64,000 bases of DNA from Centroscyllium fabricii (lineage: Eukaryota). A program made the translations under genes and the position numbers. A model generated the notes under the pieces. That model saw only the letters and a list, made by a program, of their open reading frames with translations, ran no database searches and was not told where the DNA came from. The stretch is taken from assembly GCA_051313645.2 (NCBI GenBank), contig JBNRSN020000015.1, forward strand, positions 3,906,001 to 3,970,000, written 5' to 3'. Positions 10,901-25,900 of the stretch are shown here, in pieces (positions within the stretch are counted from its first letter, which is position 1; each line of letters starts with the position of its first letter).

Positions 10901-13900
10901 AATGTGGGGATCATTAGTTTCAATACAATTCATACTCTGAAATTAAACTGAATGTTTTAGAAAGACATCCACTTAATATAAACTATGTCATGGAACGGGC
11001 TGGAGCTTCACTTCAATGAACTGATTCAATTATTGCAGACAATTGTGATTCATATTAGATATTGCACCCAAGTTTCTTGAGTGACTTTGATTGCATCAGA
11101 TTGTTAATAACTGATTCACTTACCAGGTGACATTATTTGTCCATTGGCATTGCAGGAGCAGGTTGTTGTTGCTGTGGAGGTGGGAGTCACTGTTACTGTT
11201 GTAGATTCGGATGTGCTGGGCGTAGTGGTGGGAGCTGTGGTGGTTTTACATCTTCCCGTATACTTCAAAATTTCACAACTCTCAGTACATAATGTGAAAT
11301 TACACAAGCCTGATTTCCCTACAGAACTCACGATAGCCTGCCCTGTAAGCAAACGCGATGGAAATGAGGATTTAGGCATCTAATAGCAATTGTTCATTCA
11401 GATATTATAGATGTGGAAAACTCATTCTCATATATTGATATTTAAGCAATAACAACATGGCTCTATGGTTAATATTTTAAAATGTTGCACCTCAAGGAAA
11501 TGGCGTTGGGCATGGAAATTATTACTGACAATATTGGCAGCTAAAGTTTTCATGCTCTCATATAATATTCTTAAATTTGCTATTTTAATGCTGCTGTTTA
11601 TTTGTTTGATTGGGTTTGTGCTTGCTTTAGAAATGCAGGCAGAACAATGTCTGAAGAGGTCAATATGTATTCACCCGCTTGTATTGTCAGCAATGATATG
11701 GGACCATGAAGTGTTCAATTTGAGTTGGGTGCCTCAGATGTCCTCACCAGGCAAGTTTCTAATCTGACCTGTGATGGAAAGGGCCCTCTTCAAATTGGAA
11801 GCAATACTGTGAATTGCCATTAAAATCAGCAGATCAACACTTGTATGCATCTCAAACATGGCTTGAAAATGTGAGATGTCAACATTACACAGATGGTGAC
11901 TGACAGACTGGGTAAAAGGGTGATGTACGGAGTGTCCATGAAAACAAAACATAAAAATGAGCAAAACACAGAAAATCAGGGGGAGACTGAAACTGCTGTC
12001 ATCCTTCTAGAGCCAGGAACATTATTCTGCCCGGAGGAACACATGGAGATGTTGGACGTCGGAACAAACCACAGATGCTTGTGTGAGTGAATGAAGCAGA
12101 TGAAAGGGCTGGAAATGCTCAGTGGTTGTAAAGTCATCTAATTCAGAGAATCTATTTTGAAAAGGAGCTAATTTTATTGCTGGAATAGCCAAGTACAGGC
12201 ACATTATATCTTGGAGTCTGCTCGATGTCTCTCCATTAACAGTAGATGAACTGCCTGATGTTCAATGAGACACAGCGCAAATGCAGAGGTCTAAACTTAG
12301 TGTAAACCATCAGCATATTGTGCTATTGGCATGAGAAAGTAAAAGCGGGAGGATTTCTTCACAGATTGGAAGAGCAGGAAGTGTACAATTTAAAACAGGC
12401 CGGTTTCCGCTGCTCCCAAACATATAGCAGACAGCACTCTGGAAAATGTGTGGATCATTAGTTTCAATACAATTCATACTCTGAAATTATACTGAATGTT
12501 TTAGAAAGATATCCACTTAATATAAACTATGTCATGGAACGGGCTGGAGCTTCACTTCAATGAACTGATTCAATTATTGCAGCCAATTGTGATTCATATT
12601 AGATATTGCTCCCAAGTTTCTTGAGTGACTTTGATTGCATCAGATTGTTAATAACTGATTCACTTACCAGGTGACATTATTTGTCCATTGGCATTGCAGG
12701 AGCAGGTTGTTGTTGCTGTGGAGGTGGGAGTCACTGTTACTGTTGTAGATTCGGATGTGCTGGGCGTAGTGGTGGGAGCTGTGGTGGTTTTACATCTTCC
12801 CGTATACTTCAAAATTTCACAACTCTCAGTACATAATGTGAAATTACACAAGCCTGATTTCCCTACAGAACTCACGATAGCCTGCCCTGTAAGCAAACGC
12901 GATGGAAATGAGGATTTAGGCATCTAATAGCAATTGTTCATTCAGATATTATAGATGTGGAAAACTCATTCTCATATATTGATATTTAAGCAATAACAAC
13001 ATGGCTCTATGGTTAATATTTAAAAATGTTGCACCTCAAGGAAATGGCGTTGGGCATGGAAATTATTACTGACAATATTGGCAGCTAAAGTTTTCATCCT
13101 CTCATATAATATTCTTAAATTTGCTATTTTAATGCTGCTGTTTATTTGTTTGATTGGGTTTGTGCTTGCTTTAGAAATGCAGGCAGAACAATGTCTGAAG
13201 AGGTCAATATGTATTCACCCGCTTGTATTGTCAGCAATGATATGGGACCATGAAGTGTTCAATTTGAGTTGGGTGCCTCAGATGTCCTCACCAGGCAAGT
13301 TTCTAATCTGACCTGTGATGAAAAGGGCCCTCTTCAAATTGGAAGCAATACTGTGAATTGCCATTAAAATCAGCAGATCAACACTTGTATGCATCTCAAA
13401 CATGGCTTGAAAATGTGAGATGTCAACATTACACAGATGGTGACTGACAGACTGGGTAAAAGGGTGATGTACGGAGTGTCCATGAAAACAAAACATAAAA
13501 ATGAGCAAAACACAGAAAATCAGGGGGAGACTGAAACTGCTGTCATCCTTCTAGAGCCAGGAACATTATTCTGCCCGGAGGAACACATGGAGATGTTGGA
13601 CGTCGGAACAAACCACAGATGCTTGTGTGAGTGAATGAAGCAGATGAAAGGGCTGGAAATGCTCAGTGGTTGTAAAGTCATCTAATTCAGAGAATCTATT
13701 TTGAAAAGGAGCTAATTTTATTGCTGGAATAGCCAAGTACAGGCACATTATATCTTGGAGTCTGCTCGATGTCTCTCCATTAACAGTAGATGAACTGCCT
13801 GATGTTCAATGAGACACAGCGCAAATGCAGAGGTCTAAACTTAGTGTAAACCATCAGCATATTGTGCTATTGGCATGAGAAAGTAAAAGCGGGAGGATTT

Positions 13901-16900
13901 CTTCACAGATTGGAAGAGCAGGAAGTGTACAATTTAAAACAGGCCGGTTTCCGCTGCTCCCAAACATATAGCAGACAGCACTCTGGAAAATGTGTGGATC
14001 ATTAGTTTCAATACAATTCATACTCTGAAATTATACTGAATGTTTTAGAAAGATATCCACTTAATATAAACTATGTCATGGAACGGGCTGGAGCTTCACT
14101 TCAATGAACTAATTCAATTATTGCAGACAATTGTGATTCATATTAGATATTGCACCCAAGTTTCTTGAGTGACTTTGATTGCATCAGATTGTTAATAACT
14201 GATTCACTTACCAGGTGACATTATTTGTCCATTGGCATTGCAGGAGCAGGTTGTTGTTGCTGTGGAGGTGGGAGTCACTGTTACTGTTGTAGATTCGGAT
14301 GTGCTGGGCGTAGTGGTGGGAGCTGTGGTGGTTTTACATCTTCCCGTATACTTCAAAATTTCACAACTCTCAGTACATAATGTGAAATTACACAAGCCTG
14401 ATTTCCCTACAGAACTCACGATAGCCTGCCCTGTAAGCAAACGCGATGGAAATGAGGATTTAGGCATCTAATAGCAATTGTTCATTCAGATATTATAGAT
14501 GTGGAAAACTCATTCTCATATATTGATATTTAAGCAATAACAACATGGCTCTATGGTTAATATTTAAAAATGTTGCACCTCAAGGAAATGGCGTTGGGCA
14601 TGGAAATTATTACTGACAATATTGGCAGCTAAAGTTTTCATCCTCTCATATAATATTCTTAAATTTGCTATTTTAATGCTGCTGTTTATTTGTTTGATTG
14701 GGTTTGTGCTTGCTTTAGAAATGCAGGCAGAACAATGTCTGAAGAGGTCAATATGTATTCACCCGCTTGTATTGTCAGCAATGATATGGGACCATGAAGT
14801 GTTCAATTTGAGTTGGGTGCCTCAGATGTCCTCACCAGACAAGTTTCTAATCTGACCTGTGATGAAAAGGGCCCTCTTCAAATTGGAAGCAATACTGTGA
14901 ATTGCCATTAAAATCAGCAGATCAACACTTGTATGCATCTCAAACATGGCTTGAAAATGTGAGATGTCAACATTACACAGATGGTGACTGACAGACTGGG
15001 TAAAAGGGTGATGTACGGAGTGTCCATGAAAACAAAACATAAAAATGAGCAAAACACAGAAAATCAGGGGGAGACTGAAACTGCTGTCATCCTTCTAGAG
15101 CCAGGAACATTATTCTGCCCGGAGGAACACATGGAGATGTTGGACGTCGCAACAAACCACAGATGCTTGTGTGAGTGAATGAAGCAGATGAAAGGGCTGG
15201 AAATGCTCAGTGGTTGTAAAGTCATCTAATTCAGAGAATCTATTTTGAAAAGGAGCTAATTTTATTGCTGGAATAGCCAAGTACAGGCACATTATATCTT
15301 GGAGTCTGCTCGATGTCTCTCCATTAACAGTAGATGAACTGCCTGATGTTCAATGAGACACAGCGCAAATGCAGAGGTCTAAACTTAGTGTAAACCATCA
15401 GCATATTGTGCTATTGGCATGAGAAAGTAAAAGCGGGAGGATTTCTTCACAGATTGGAAGAGCAGGAAGTGTACAATTTAAAACAGGCCGGTTTCCGCTG
15501 CTCCCAAACATATAGCAGACAGCACTCTGGAAAATGTGTGGATCATTAGTTTCAATACAATTCATACTCTGAAATTATACTGAATGTTTTAGAAAGATAT
15601 CCACTTAATATAAACTATGTCATGGAACGGGCTGGAGCTTCACTTCAATGAACTGATTCAATTATTGCAGCCAATTGTGATTCATATTAGATATTGCTCC
15701 CAAGTTTCTTGAGTGACTTTGATTGCATCAGATTGTTAATAACTGATTCACTTACCAGGTGACATTATTTGTCCATTGGCATTGCAGGAGCAGGTTGTTG
15801 TTGCTGTGGAGGTGGGAGTCATTGTTACTGTTGTAGATTCGGATGTGCTGGGCGTAGTGGTGGGAGCTGTGGTGGTTTTACATCTTCCCGTATACTTCAA
15901 AATTTCACAACTCTCAGTACATAATGTGAAATTACACAAGCCTGATTTCCCTACAGAACTCACGATAGCCTGCCCTGTAAGCAAACGCAATGGAATTGAG
16001 GATTTAGGCATCTAATAGCAATTGTTCATTCAGAAATTATAGATGTGGACAACTGTATCTCATATATTGACATTTAAGCAATAAGAACATGGCTCTATGG
16101 TTAAATTGAAGAATGTTGCACCTCCAGCAAATGGTGAGGGCATGGAAATTATTACTGACAATATTGGCAGCTAAAGGTTTCATCCTCTCATATCACATTC
16201 TTAAATCTGTTATTTTAATGCTGCTGTTAATTTGTTTGATTGGGTTTGTGCTTGCTTTAGAAATGCAGACAGAACAATGTCTGAAGAAGTCAATAACTAT
16301 TCACCCGCTTGTATTGTCAGCAATGATATGGGACCATGAAGTGTTCATTTTGAGTTGGGTGCCTCAGATGTCCTCACCAGGCAAGTTTCTAATCTGACCT
16401 GTGATGCTAGGGCTCTCTTCCAATTGCAGAGCATTCTGTGAATTGCCATTAAAATCAGCAGATCAACGCTTGTATGCATCTCAAACACAGCTTGAAAATG
16501 TGAGATGTCAACACTACAAAGCAGGTGACTGACAGACTGGGTAAAAGGGTGAGGTACGGCGTGTCCATGAAAACAAACATAAAAATGAACAAAACACAGA
16601 AAATCAGGGGGAGACTGAAACTGCTGTCATCATTCCAGAGCCAGTAACATTATTCTGACAAAGGAACACATAAGAACATAAGAAATAGGAGCAGGAGTAG
16701 GCCAATCGGCCCCTCGAGCCTGCTCCGCCATTCAACAAGATCATGGCTGATCTGATCCTAACCTCAATTTTATTTTTTCTCTCCACCCCGCCCAGACCCA
16801 TGTGATCACCTGGGAGTGGCGAAAAACCAGATTAAAAAAACCAGTAGCCAATTTGGGAGAAAAAAATCAGGAAAATTCCTCTCCGACCCATCTAGGCGAT

Positions 16901-19900
16901 CGAAAACTGGTCCAGGAGATCACATGGCCGATCTGAACCTAGCCTCACGTCCACTTACCTGCCCGCTCACCATAACCCCTAATTCCCTTTAATTCCAGGA
17001 AACTGTCTATCTCAGTTTTAAATTTATTCAACGTAGTAGCTTCTACAGCTCTCTGAGGCAGCAAATTCCACAGCCCCACCACCCTCTGAGTAAAGAAGTT
17101 CCCTCTCATCGCAGTTTTGAAATGGCAGCCCCTTATTTTAAGATTATGCCCCCTAGTCCTAGTCTCGCCCACCATTGGGAACATTCTCACCGCATCCACC
17201 CGATCAAGCCCTCTCACAATCTTATATGTTTCAATAAGATCGCCTCTCATTCTTCTGAACTCCAATGAGTAGAGGCCCAATCTACTCAGCCTCTCGTCAT
17301 ATGTTAGCCCCCTCATCCCCGGAATTAACCTAGTGAACCTTCTCTGCACTGCATCGAGAGCAAGTATGTCCTTTCTTAAATAGGGATACCAGAACTGCAC
17401 GTAGTATTCCAGGTGTGGTCTCACCAATACCCTGTACAACTGCAGCAAGACCTCCCTGCTTTTATACTCAATCCCCTTAGCAATAAAAGCCAACATTCCG
17501 TTGGCCTCCCTTACCACCTGCAGATGTTGGATGTCGCAACAAAACACAGGTACCTTTGTGAGTGAATGAAGCAGTTGAAAGGGCTGGAAATGCTCAGTTG
17601 TTGTAAAGTCATCTAATTCAGAGAATCTATTTTGAACAGGTGCTGATTTTTTTGCTGGAATTGCCAAGTACAGGCACATTATATCTTGGAGTCTGCTCGA
17701 TGTCTCTCCAGTAACAGTAGATTATCTGCCTGATGTTCAATGAGACACAGCGCAAATGCAGAGGTCTAAACTTAGTGTAAACCATCAGCATTTTGTGCTA
17801 TTGGCACGAGAAAGTAAAAGCGGGAAGATTTCTTCACAGATGGGGAGAGCAGGAAGTGTACAATTTAAAACAGGCCGGTTTCCGCTGCTCCCAAACATAT
17901 AGCAGACAGCACTTTGGAAAATGTGGGGATCATTAGTTTCAATACAATTCATACTCTGAAATTAAACTGAATGTTTTAGAAAGACATCCACTTAATATAA
18001 ACTATGTCATGGAACGGGCTGGAGCTTCACTTCAATGAACTGATTCAATTATTGCAGACAATTGTGATTCATATTAGATATTGCACCCAAGTTTCTTGAG
18101 TGACTTTGATTGCATCAGATTGTTAATAACTGATTCACTTACCAGGTGACATTATTTGTCCATTGGCATTGCAGGAGCAGGTTGTTGTTGCTGTGGAGGT
18201 GGGAGTCACTGTTACTGTTGTAGATTCGGATGTGCTGGGCGTAGTGGTGGGAGCTGTGGTGGTTTTACATCTTCCCGTATACTTCAAAATTTCACAACTC
18301 TCAGTACATAATGTGAAATTACACAAGCCTGATTTCCCTACAGAACTCACGATAGCCTGCCCTGTAAGCAAACGCGATGGAAATGAGGATTTAGGCATCT
18401 AATAGCAATTGTTCATTCAGATATTATAGATGTGGAAAACTCATTCTCATATATTGATATTTAAGCAATAACAACATGGCTCTATGGTTAATATTTTAAA
18501 ATGTTGCACCTCAAGGAAATGGCGTTGGGCATGGAAATTATTACTGACAATATTGGCAGCTAAAGTTTTCATGCTCTCATATAATATTCTTAAATTTGCT
18601 ATTTTAATGCTGCTGTTTATTTGTTTGATTGGGTTTGTGCTTGCTTTAGAAATGCAGGCAGAACAATGTCTGAAGAGGTCAATATGTATTCACCCGCTTG
18701 TATTGTCAGCAATGATATGGGACCATGAAGTGTTCAATTTGAGTTGGGTGCCTCAGATGTCCTCACCAGGCAAGTTTCTAAACTGACCTGTGATGAAAAG
18801 GGCCCTCTTCAAATTGGAAGCAATACTGTGAATTGCCATTAAAATCAGCAGATCAACACTTGTATGCATCTCAAACATGGCTTGAAAATGTGAGATGTCA
18901 ACATTACACAGATGGTGACTGACAGACTGGGTAAAAGGGTGATGTACGGAGTGTCCATGAAAACAAAACATAAAAATGAGCAAAACACAGAAAATCAGGG
19001 GGAGACTGAAACTGCTGTCATCCTTCTAGAGCCAGGAACATTATTCTGCCCGGAGGAACACATGGAGATGTTGGACGTCGGAACAAACCACAGATGCTTG
19101 TGTGAGTGAATGAAGCAGATGAAAGGGCTGGAAATGCTCAGTGGTTGTAAAGTCATCTAATTCAGAGAATCTATTTTGAAAAGGAGCTAATTTTATTGCT
19201 GGAATAGCCAAGTACAGGCACATTATATCTTGGAGTCTGCTCGATGTCTCTCCATTAACAGTAGATGAACTACCTGATGTTCAATGAGACACAGCGCAAA
19301 TGCAGAGGTCTAAACTTAGTGTAAACCATCAGCATATTGTGCTATTGGCATGAGAAAGTAAAAGCGGGAGGATTTCTTCACAGATTGGAAGAGCAGGAAG
19401 TGTACAATTTAAAACAGGCCGGTTTCCGCTGCTCCCAAACATATAGCAGACAGCACTCTGGAAAATGTGGGGATCATTAGTTTCAATACAATTCATACTC
19501 TGAAATTATACTGAATGTTTTAGAAAGATATCCACTTAATATAAACTATGTCATGGAACGGGCTGGAGCTTCACTTCAATGAACTAATTCAATTATTGCA
19601 GACAATTGTGATTCATATTAGATATTGCACCCAAGTTTCTTGAGTGACTTTGATTGCATCAGATTGTTAATAACTGATTCACTTACCAGGTGACATTATT
19701 TGTCCATTGGCATTGCAGGAGCAGGTTGTTGTTGCTGTGGAGGTGGGAGTCACTGTTACTGTTGTAGATTCGGATGTGCTGGGCGTAGTGGTGGGAGCTG
19801 TGGTGGTTTTACATCTTCCCGTATACTTCAAAATTTCACAACTCTCAGTACATAATGTGAAATTACACAAGCCTGATTTCCCTACAGAACTCACGATAGC

Positions 19901-22900
19901 CTGCCCTGTAAGCAAACGCGATGGAAATGAGGATTTAGGCATCTAATAGCAATTGTTCATTCAGATATTATAGATGTGGAAAACTCATTCTCATATATTG
20001 ATATTTAAGCAATAACAACATGGCTCTATGGTTAATATTTAAAAATGTTGCACCTCAAGGAAATGGCGTTGGGCATGGAAATTATTACTGACAATATTGG
20101 CAGCTAAAGTTTTCATCCTCTCATATAATATTCTTAAATTTGCTATTTTAATGCTGCTGTTTATTTGTTTGATTGGGTTTGTGCTTGCTTTAGAAATGCA
20201 GGCAGAACAATGTCTGAAGAGGTCAATATGTATTCACCCGCTTGTATTGTCAGCAATGATATGGGACCATGAAGTGTTCAATTTGAGTTGGGTGCCTCAG
20301 ATGTCCTCACCAGACAAGTTTCTAATCTGACCTGTGATGAAAAGGGCCCTCTTCAAATTGGAAGCAATACTGTGAATTGCCATTAAAATCAGCAGATCAA
20401 CACTTGTATGCATCTCAAACATGGCTTGAAAATGTGAGATGTCAACATTACACAGATGGTGACTGACAGACTGGGTAAAAGGGTGATGTACGGAGTGTCC
20501 ATGAAAACAAAACATAAAAATGAGCAAAACACAGAAAATCAGGGGGAGACTGAAACTGCTGTCATCCTTCTAGAGCCAGGAACATTATTCTGCCCGGAGG
20601 AACACATGGAGATGTTGGACGTCGCAACAAACCACAGATGCTTGTGTGAGTGAATGAAGCAGATGAAAGGGCTGGAAATGCTCAGTGGTTGTAAAGTCAT
20701 CTAATTCAGAGAATCTATTTTGAAAAGGAGCTAATTTTATTGCTGGAATAGCCAAGTACAGGCACATTATATCTTGGAGTCTGCTCGATGTCTCTCCATT
20801 AACAGTAGATGAACTGCCTGATGTTCAATGAGACACAGCGCAAATGCAGAGGTCTAAACTTAGTGTAAACCATCAGCATATTGTGCTATTGGCATGAGAA
20901 AGTAAAAGCGGGAGGATTTCTTCACAGATTGGAAGAGCAGGAAGTGTACAATTTAAAACAGGCCGGTTTCCGCTGCTCCCAAACATATAGCAGACAGCAC
21001 TCTGGAAAATGTGTGGATCATTAGTTTCAATACAATTCATACTCTGAAATTATACTGAATGTTTTAGAAAGATATCCACTTAATATAAACTATGTCATGG
21101 AACGGGCTGGAGCTTCACTTCAATGAACTGATTCAATTATTGCAGCCAATTGTGATTCATATTAGATATTGCTCCCAAGTTTCTTGAGTGACTTTGATTG
21201 CATCAGATTGTTAATAACTGATTCACTTACCAGGTGACATTATTTGTCCATTGGCATTGCAGGAGCAGGTTGTTGTTGCTGTGGAGGTGGGAGTCATTGT
21301 TACTGTTGTAGATTCGGATGTGCTGGGCGTAGTGGTGGGAGCTGTGGTGGTTTTACATCTTCCCGTATACTTCAAAATTTCACAATTCTCAGTACATAAT
21401 GTGAAATTACACAAGCCTGATTTCCCTACAGAACTCACGATAGCCTGCCCTGTAAGCAAACGCAATGGAATTGAGGATTTAGGCATCTAATAGCAATTGT
21501 TCATTCAGAAATTATAGATGTGGACAACTGTATCTCATATATTGACATTTAAGCAATAAGAACATGGCTCTATGGTTAAATTGAAGAATGTTGCACCTCC
21601 AGCAAATGGTGAGGGCATGGAAATTACTACTGACGATATTGGCAGCTAAACGTTTCATCCTCTCATATCACATTCTTAAATCTGTTATTTTAATGCTGCT
21701 GTTAATTTGTTTGATTGGGTTTGTGCTTGTTTTACAAATGCAGACAGAACAACGTCTGAAGAGGTCAATAAGTATTCACCCGCTTGTATTGTCAGCAATG
21801 ATATGAAACCATGAAGTGTTCATTTTGAGTTGGGTGCCTCAGATGTCTTCAACAGGCAAGTTTCTAATCTGACCTGTGATGAAACGGGCCCTCTTGAAAT
21901 TCAACACAATACTGTGGATTGCCATTAAAATCAGCAGATCAACACTTTTATGCATCTCAAACACAGCTTGAAAATGTGAGATGTCAACACTACACAGAAG
22001 GTGACTGACAGACTGGGTAAAAGGGTGAGGTCCATGAAAACAAAACATAAAAATGAACAAAACACAGAAAATCAGGGGGAGACTGAAACTGCTGTCATCC
22101 TTCCAGAGCCAGTAACATTATTCTGACAAAGGAACACATGGAGATGTTGGATGTCGCAACAAAACACAGATACGTGTGTGAGTGAAGAAGCAATTGAAAG
22201 GGCTGGAAATGCTCAGTGGTTGTAAAGTCATCTAATTCAGAGAATCTATTTTGAACAGGTGCTGATTTTTTTGCCGGAATCGCCAAGTACAGGCACATTA
22301 TATCTTGGAGTCTGCTCGATGTCTCTCCATTAACAGTAGATTATCTGCCTGATGTTCAATGAGACACAGGGCAAAAAGCAGAGGTCTAAACTTCGTGCAA
22401 ACCATCAGCATATTGTGCTATTGGCACGAGAAAGTAAAAGCTGGAGGATTTCTTCAAAGATGGGGAGAGCAGGAAGTGTACAATTTAAAACAGGCCGGTT
22501 TCCGCTTCTCCCAAACATATAGCAGAGAGCACTCTGGAAAATGTGGGGATCATTAGTTTCAATACAATTCATACTCTGAAAATATACTGAATGTTTTAGA
22601 AAGATATCCACTTAATATAAACTATGTCATGGAACGGGCTGGAGCTTCACTTCAATGAACTGATTCAGTTATTGCAGCCAATTGTGATTCATATTAGATA
22701 TTGCTCCCAAGTTTCTTGAGTGACTTTGATTGCATCAGATTGTTAATAACTGATTCACTTACCAGGTGACATTATTTGTCCATTGGCATTGCAGGAGCAG
22801 GTTGTTGTTGCTGTGGAGGTGGGAGTCATTGTTACTGTTGTAGATTCGGATGTGCTGGGCGTAGTGGTGGGAGCTGTGGTGGTTTTACATCTTCCCGTAT

Positions 22901-25900
22901 ACTTCAAAATTTCACAACTCTCAGTACATAATGTGAAATTACACAAGCCTGATTTCCCTACAGAACTCACGATAGCCTGCCCTGTAAGCAAACGCAATGG
23001 AAATGAGGATTTAGGCATCTAATAGCAATTGTTCATTCAGAAATTATAGATGTGAAAAACTCATTCTCATATATTGATATTTAAGCAATAAGAACATGGC
23101 TCTATGGTTAATATTTAAAAATGTTGCACATCAAGGAAATGGCGTTGGGCATGGAAATTATTACTGACAATATTGGCAGCTAAAGGTTTCATCCTCTCAT
23201 ATCACATTCTTAAATCTGTTATTTTAATGCTGCTGTTAATTTGTTTGATTGGGTTTGTGCTTGCTTTAGAAATGCAGACAGAACAATGTCTGAAGAAGTC
23301 AATAACTATTCACCCGCTTGTATTGTCAGCAATGATATGGGACCATGAAGTGTTCATTTTGAGTTGGGTGCCTCAGATGTCCTCACCAGGCAAGTTTCTA
23401 ATCTGACCTGTGATGCTAGGGCTCTCTTCCAATTGCAGACCATTCTGTGAATTGCCATTAAAATCAGCAGATCAACGCTTGTATGCATCTCAAACACAGC
23501 TTGAAAATGTGAGATGTCAACACTACAAAGCAGGTGACTGACAGACTGGGTAAAAGTGTGAGGTACGGAGTGTCCATGAAAACAAACATAAAAATGAACA
23601 AAACACAGAAAATCAGGGGGAGACTGAAACTGCTGTCATCATTCCAGAGCCAGTAACATTATTCTGACAAAGGAACACATAAGAACATAAGAAACAGGAG
23701 CAGGAGTAGGCCAATCGGCCCCTCGAGCCTGCTCCGCCATTCAACAAGATCATGGCTGATCTGATCCTAACCTCAATTTTATTTTTACTCTCCACCCCGC
23801 CCAGACCCATGTGATCACCTGGGAGAGGCGAAAAACCAGATTAAAAAAACCAGTAGCCAATTTGGGAGAAAAAAATCAGGAAAATTCCTCTCCGACCCAT
23901 CTAGGCGATCGAAAACTGGTCCAGGAGATCACATGGCCGATCTGAACCTAGCCTCACGTCCACTTACCTGCCCGCTCACCATAACCCCTAATTCCCTTTA
24001 ATTCCAGGAAACTGTCTATCTCAGTTTTAAATTTATTCAACGTAGTAGCTTCTACAGCTCTCTGAGGCAGCAAATTCCACAGCCCCACCACCCTCTGAGT
24101 AAAGAAGTTCCCTCTCATCGCAGTTTTGAAATGGCAGCCCCTTATTTTAAGATTATGCCCCCTAGTCCTAGTCTCGCCCACCATTGGGAACATTCTCACC
24201 GCATCCACCCGATCAAGCCCTCTCACAATCTTATATGTTTCAATAAGATCGCCTCTCATTCTTCTGAACTCCAATGAGTAGAGGCCCAATCTACTCAGCC
24301 TCTCGTCATATGTTAGCCCCCTCATCCCCGGAATTAACCTAGTGAACCTTCTCTGCACTGCATCGAGAGCAAGTATGTCCTTTCTTAAATAGGGATACCA
24401 GAACTGCACGTAGTATTCCAGGTGTGGTCTCACCAATACCCTGTACAACTGCAGCAAGACCTCCCTGCTTTTATACTCAATCCCCTTAGCAATAAAAGCC
24501 AACATTCCGTTGGCCTCCCTTACCACCTGCAGATGTTGGATGTCGCAACAAAACACAGGTACCTTTGTGAGTGAATGAAGCAGTTGAAAGGGCTGGAAAT
24601 GCTCAGTTGTTGTAAAGTCATCTAATTCAGAGAATCTATTTTGAACAGGTGCTGATTTTTTTGCTGGAATTGCCAAGTACAGGCACATTATATCTTGGAG
24701 TCTGCTCGATGTCTCTCCAGTAACAGTAGATTATCTGCCTGATGTTCAATGAGACACAGCGCAAATGCAGAGGTCTAAACTTAGTGTAAACCATCAGCAT
24801 TTTGTGCTATTGGCACGAGAAAGTAAAAGCGGGAAGATTTCTTCACAGATGGGGAGAGCAGGAAGTGTACAATTTAAAACAGGCCGGTTTCCGCTGCTCC
24901 CAAACATATAGCAGACAGCACTTTGGAAAATGTGGGGATCATTAGTTTCAATACAATTCATACTCTGAAATTAAACTGAATGTTTTAGAAAGACATCCAC
25001 TTAATATAAACTATGTCATGGAACGGGCTGGAGCTTCACTTCAATGAACTAATTCAATTATTGCAGACAATTGTGATTCATATTAGATATTGCACCCAAG
25101 TTTCTTGAGTGACTTTGATTGCATCAGATTGTTAATAACTGATTCACTTACCAGGTGACATTATTTGTCCATTGGCATTGCAGGAGCAGGTTGTTGTTGC
25201 TGTGGAGGTGGGAGTCACTGTTACTGTTGTAGATTCGGATGTGCTGGGCGTAGTGGTGGGAGCTGTGGTGGTTTTACATCTTCCCGTATACTTCAAAATT
25301 TCACAACTCTCAGTACATAATGTGAAATTACACAAGCCTGATTTCCCTACAGAACTCACGATAGCCTGCCCTGTAAGCAAACGCGATGGAAATGAGGATT
25401 TAGGCATCTAATAGCAATTGTTCATTCAGATATTATAGATGTGGAAAACTCATTCTCATATATTGATATTTAAGCAATAACAACATGGCTCTATGGTTAA
25501 TATTTAAAAATGTTGCACCTCAAGGAAATGGCGTTGGGCATGGAAATTATTACTGACAATATTGGCAGCTAAAGTTTTCATCCTCTCATATAATATTCTT
25601 AAATTTGCTATTTTAATGCTGCTGTTTATTTGTTTGATTGGGTTTGTGCTTGCTTTAGAAATGCAGGCAGAACAATGTCTGAAGAGGTCAATATGTATTC
25701 ACCCGCTTGTATTGTCAGCAATGATATGGGACCATGAAGTGTTCAATTTGAGTTGGGTGCCTCAGATGTCCTCACCAGACAAGTTTCTAATCTGACCTGT
25801 GATGAAAAGGGCCCTCTTCAAATTGGAAGCAATACTGTGAATTGCCATTAAAATCAGCAGATCAACACTTGTATGCATCTCAAACATGGCTTGAAAATGT

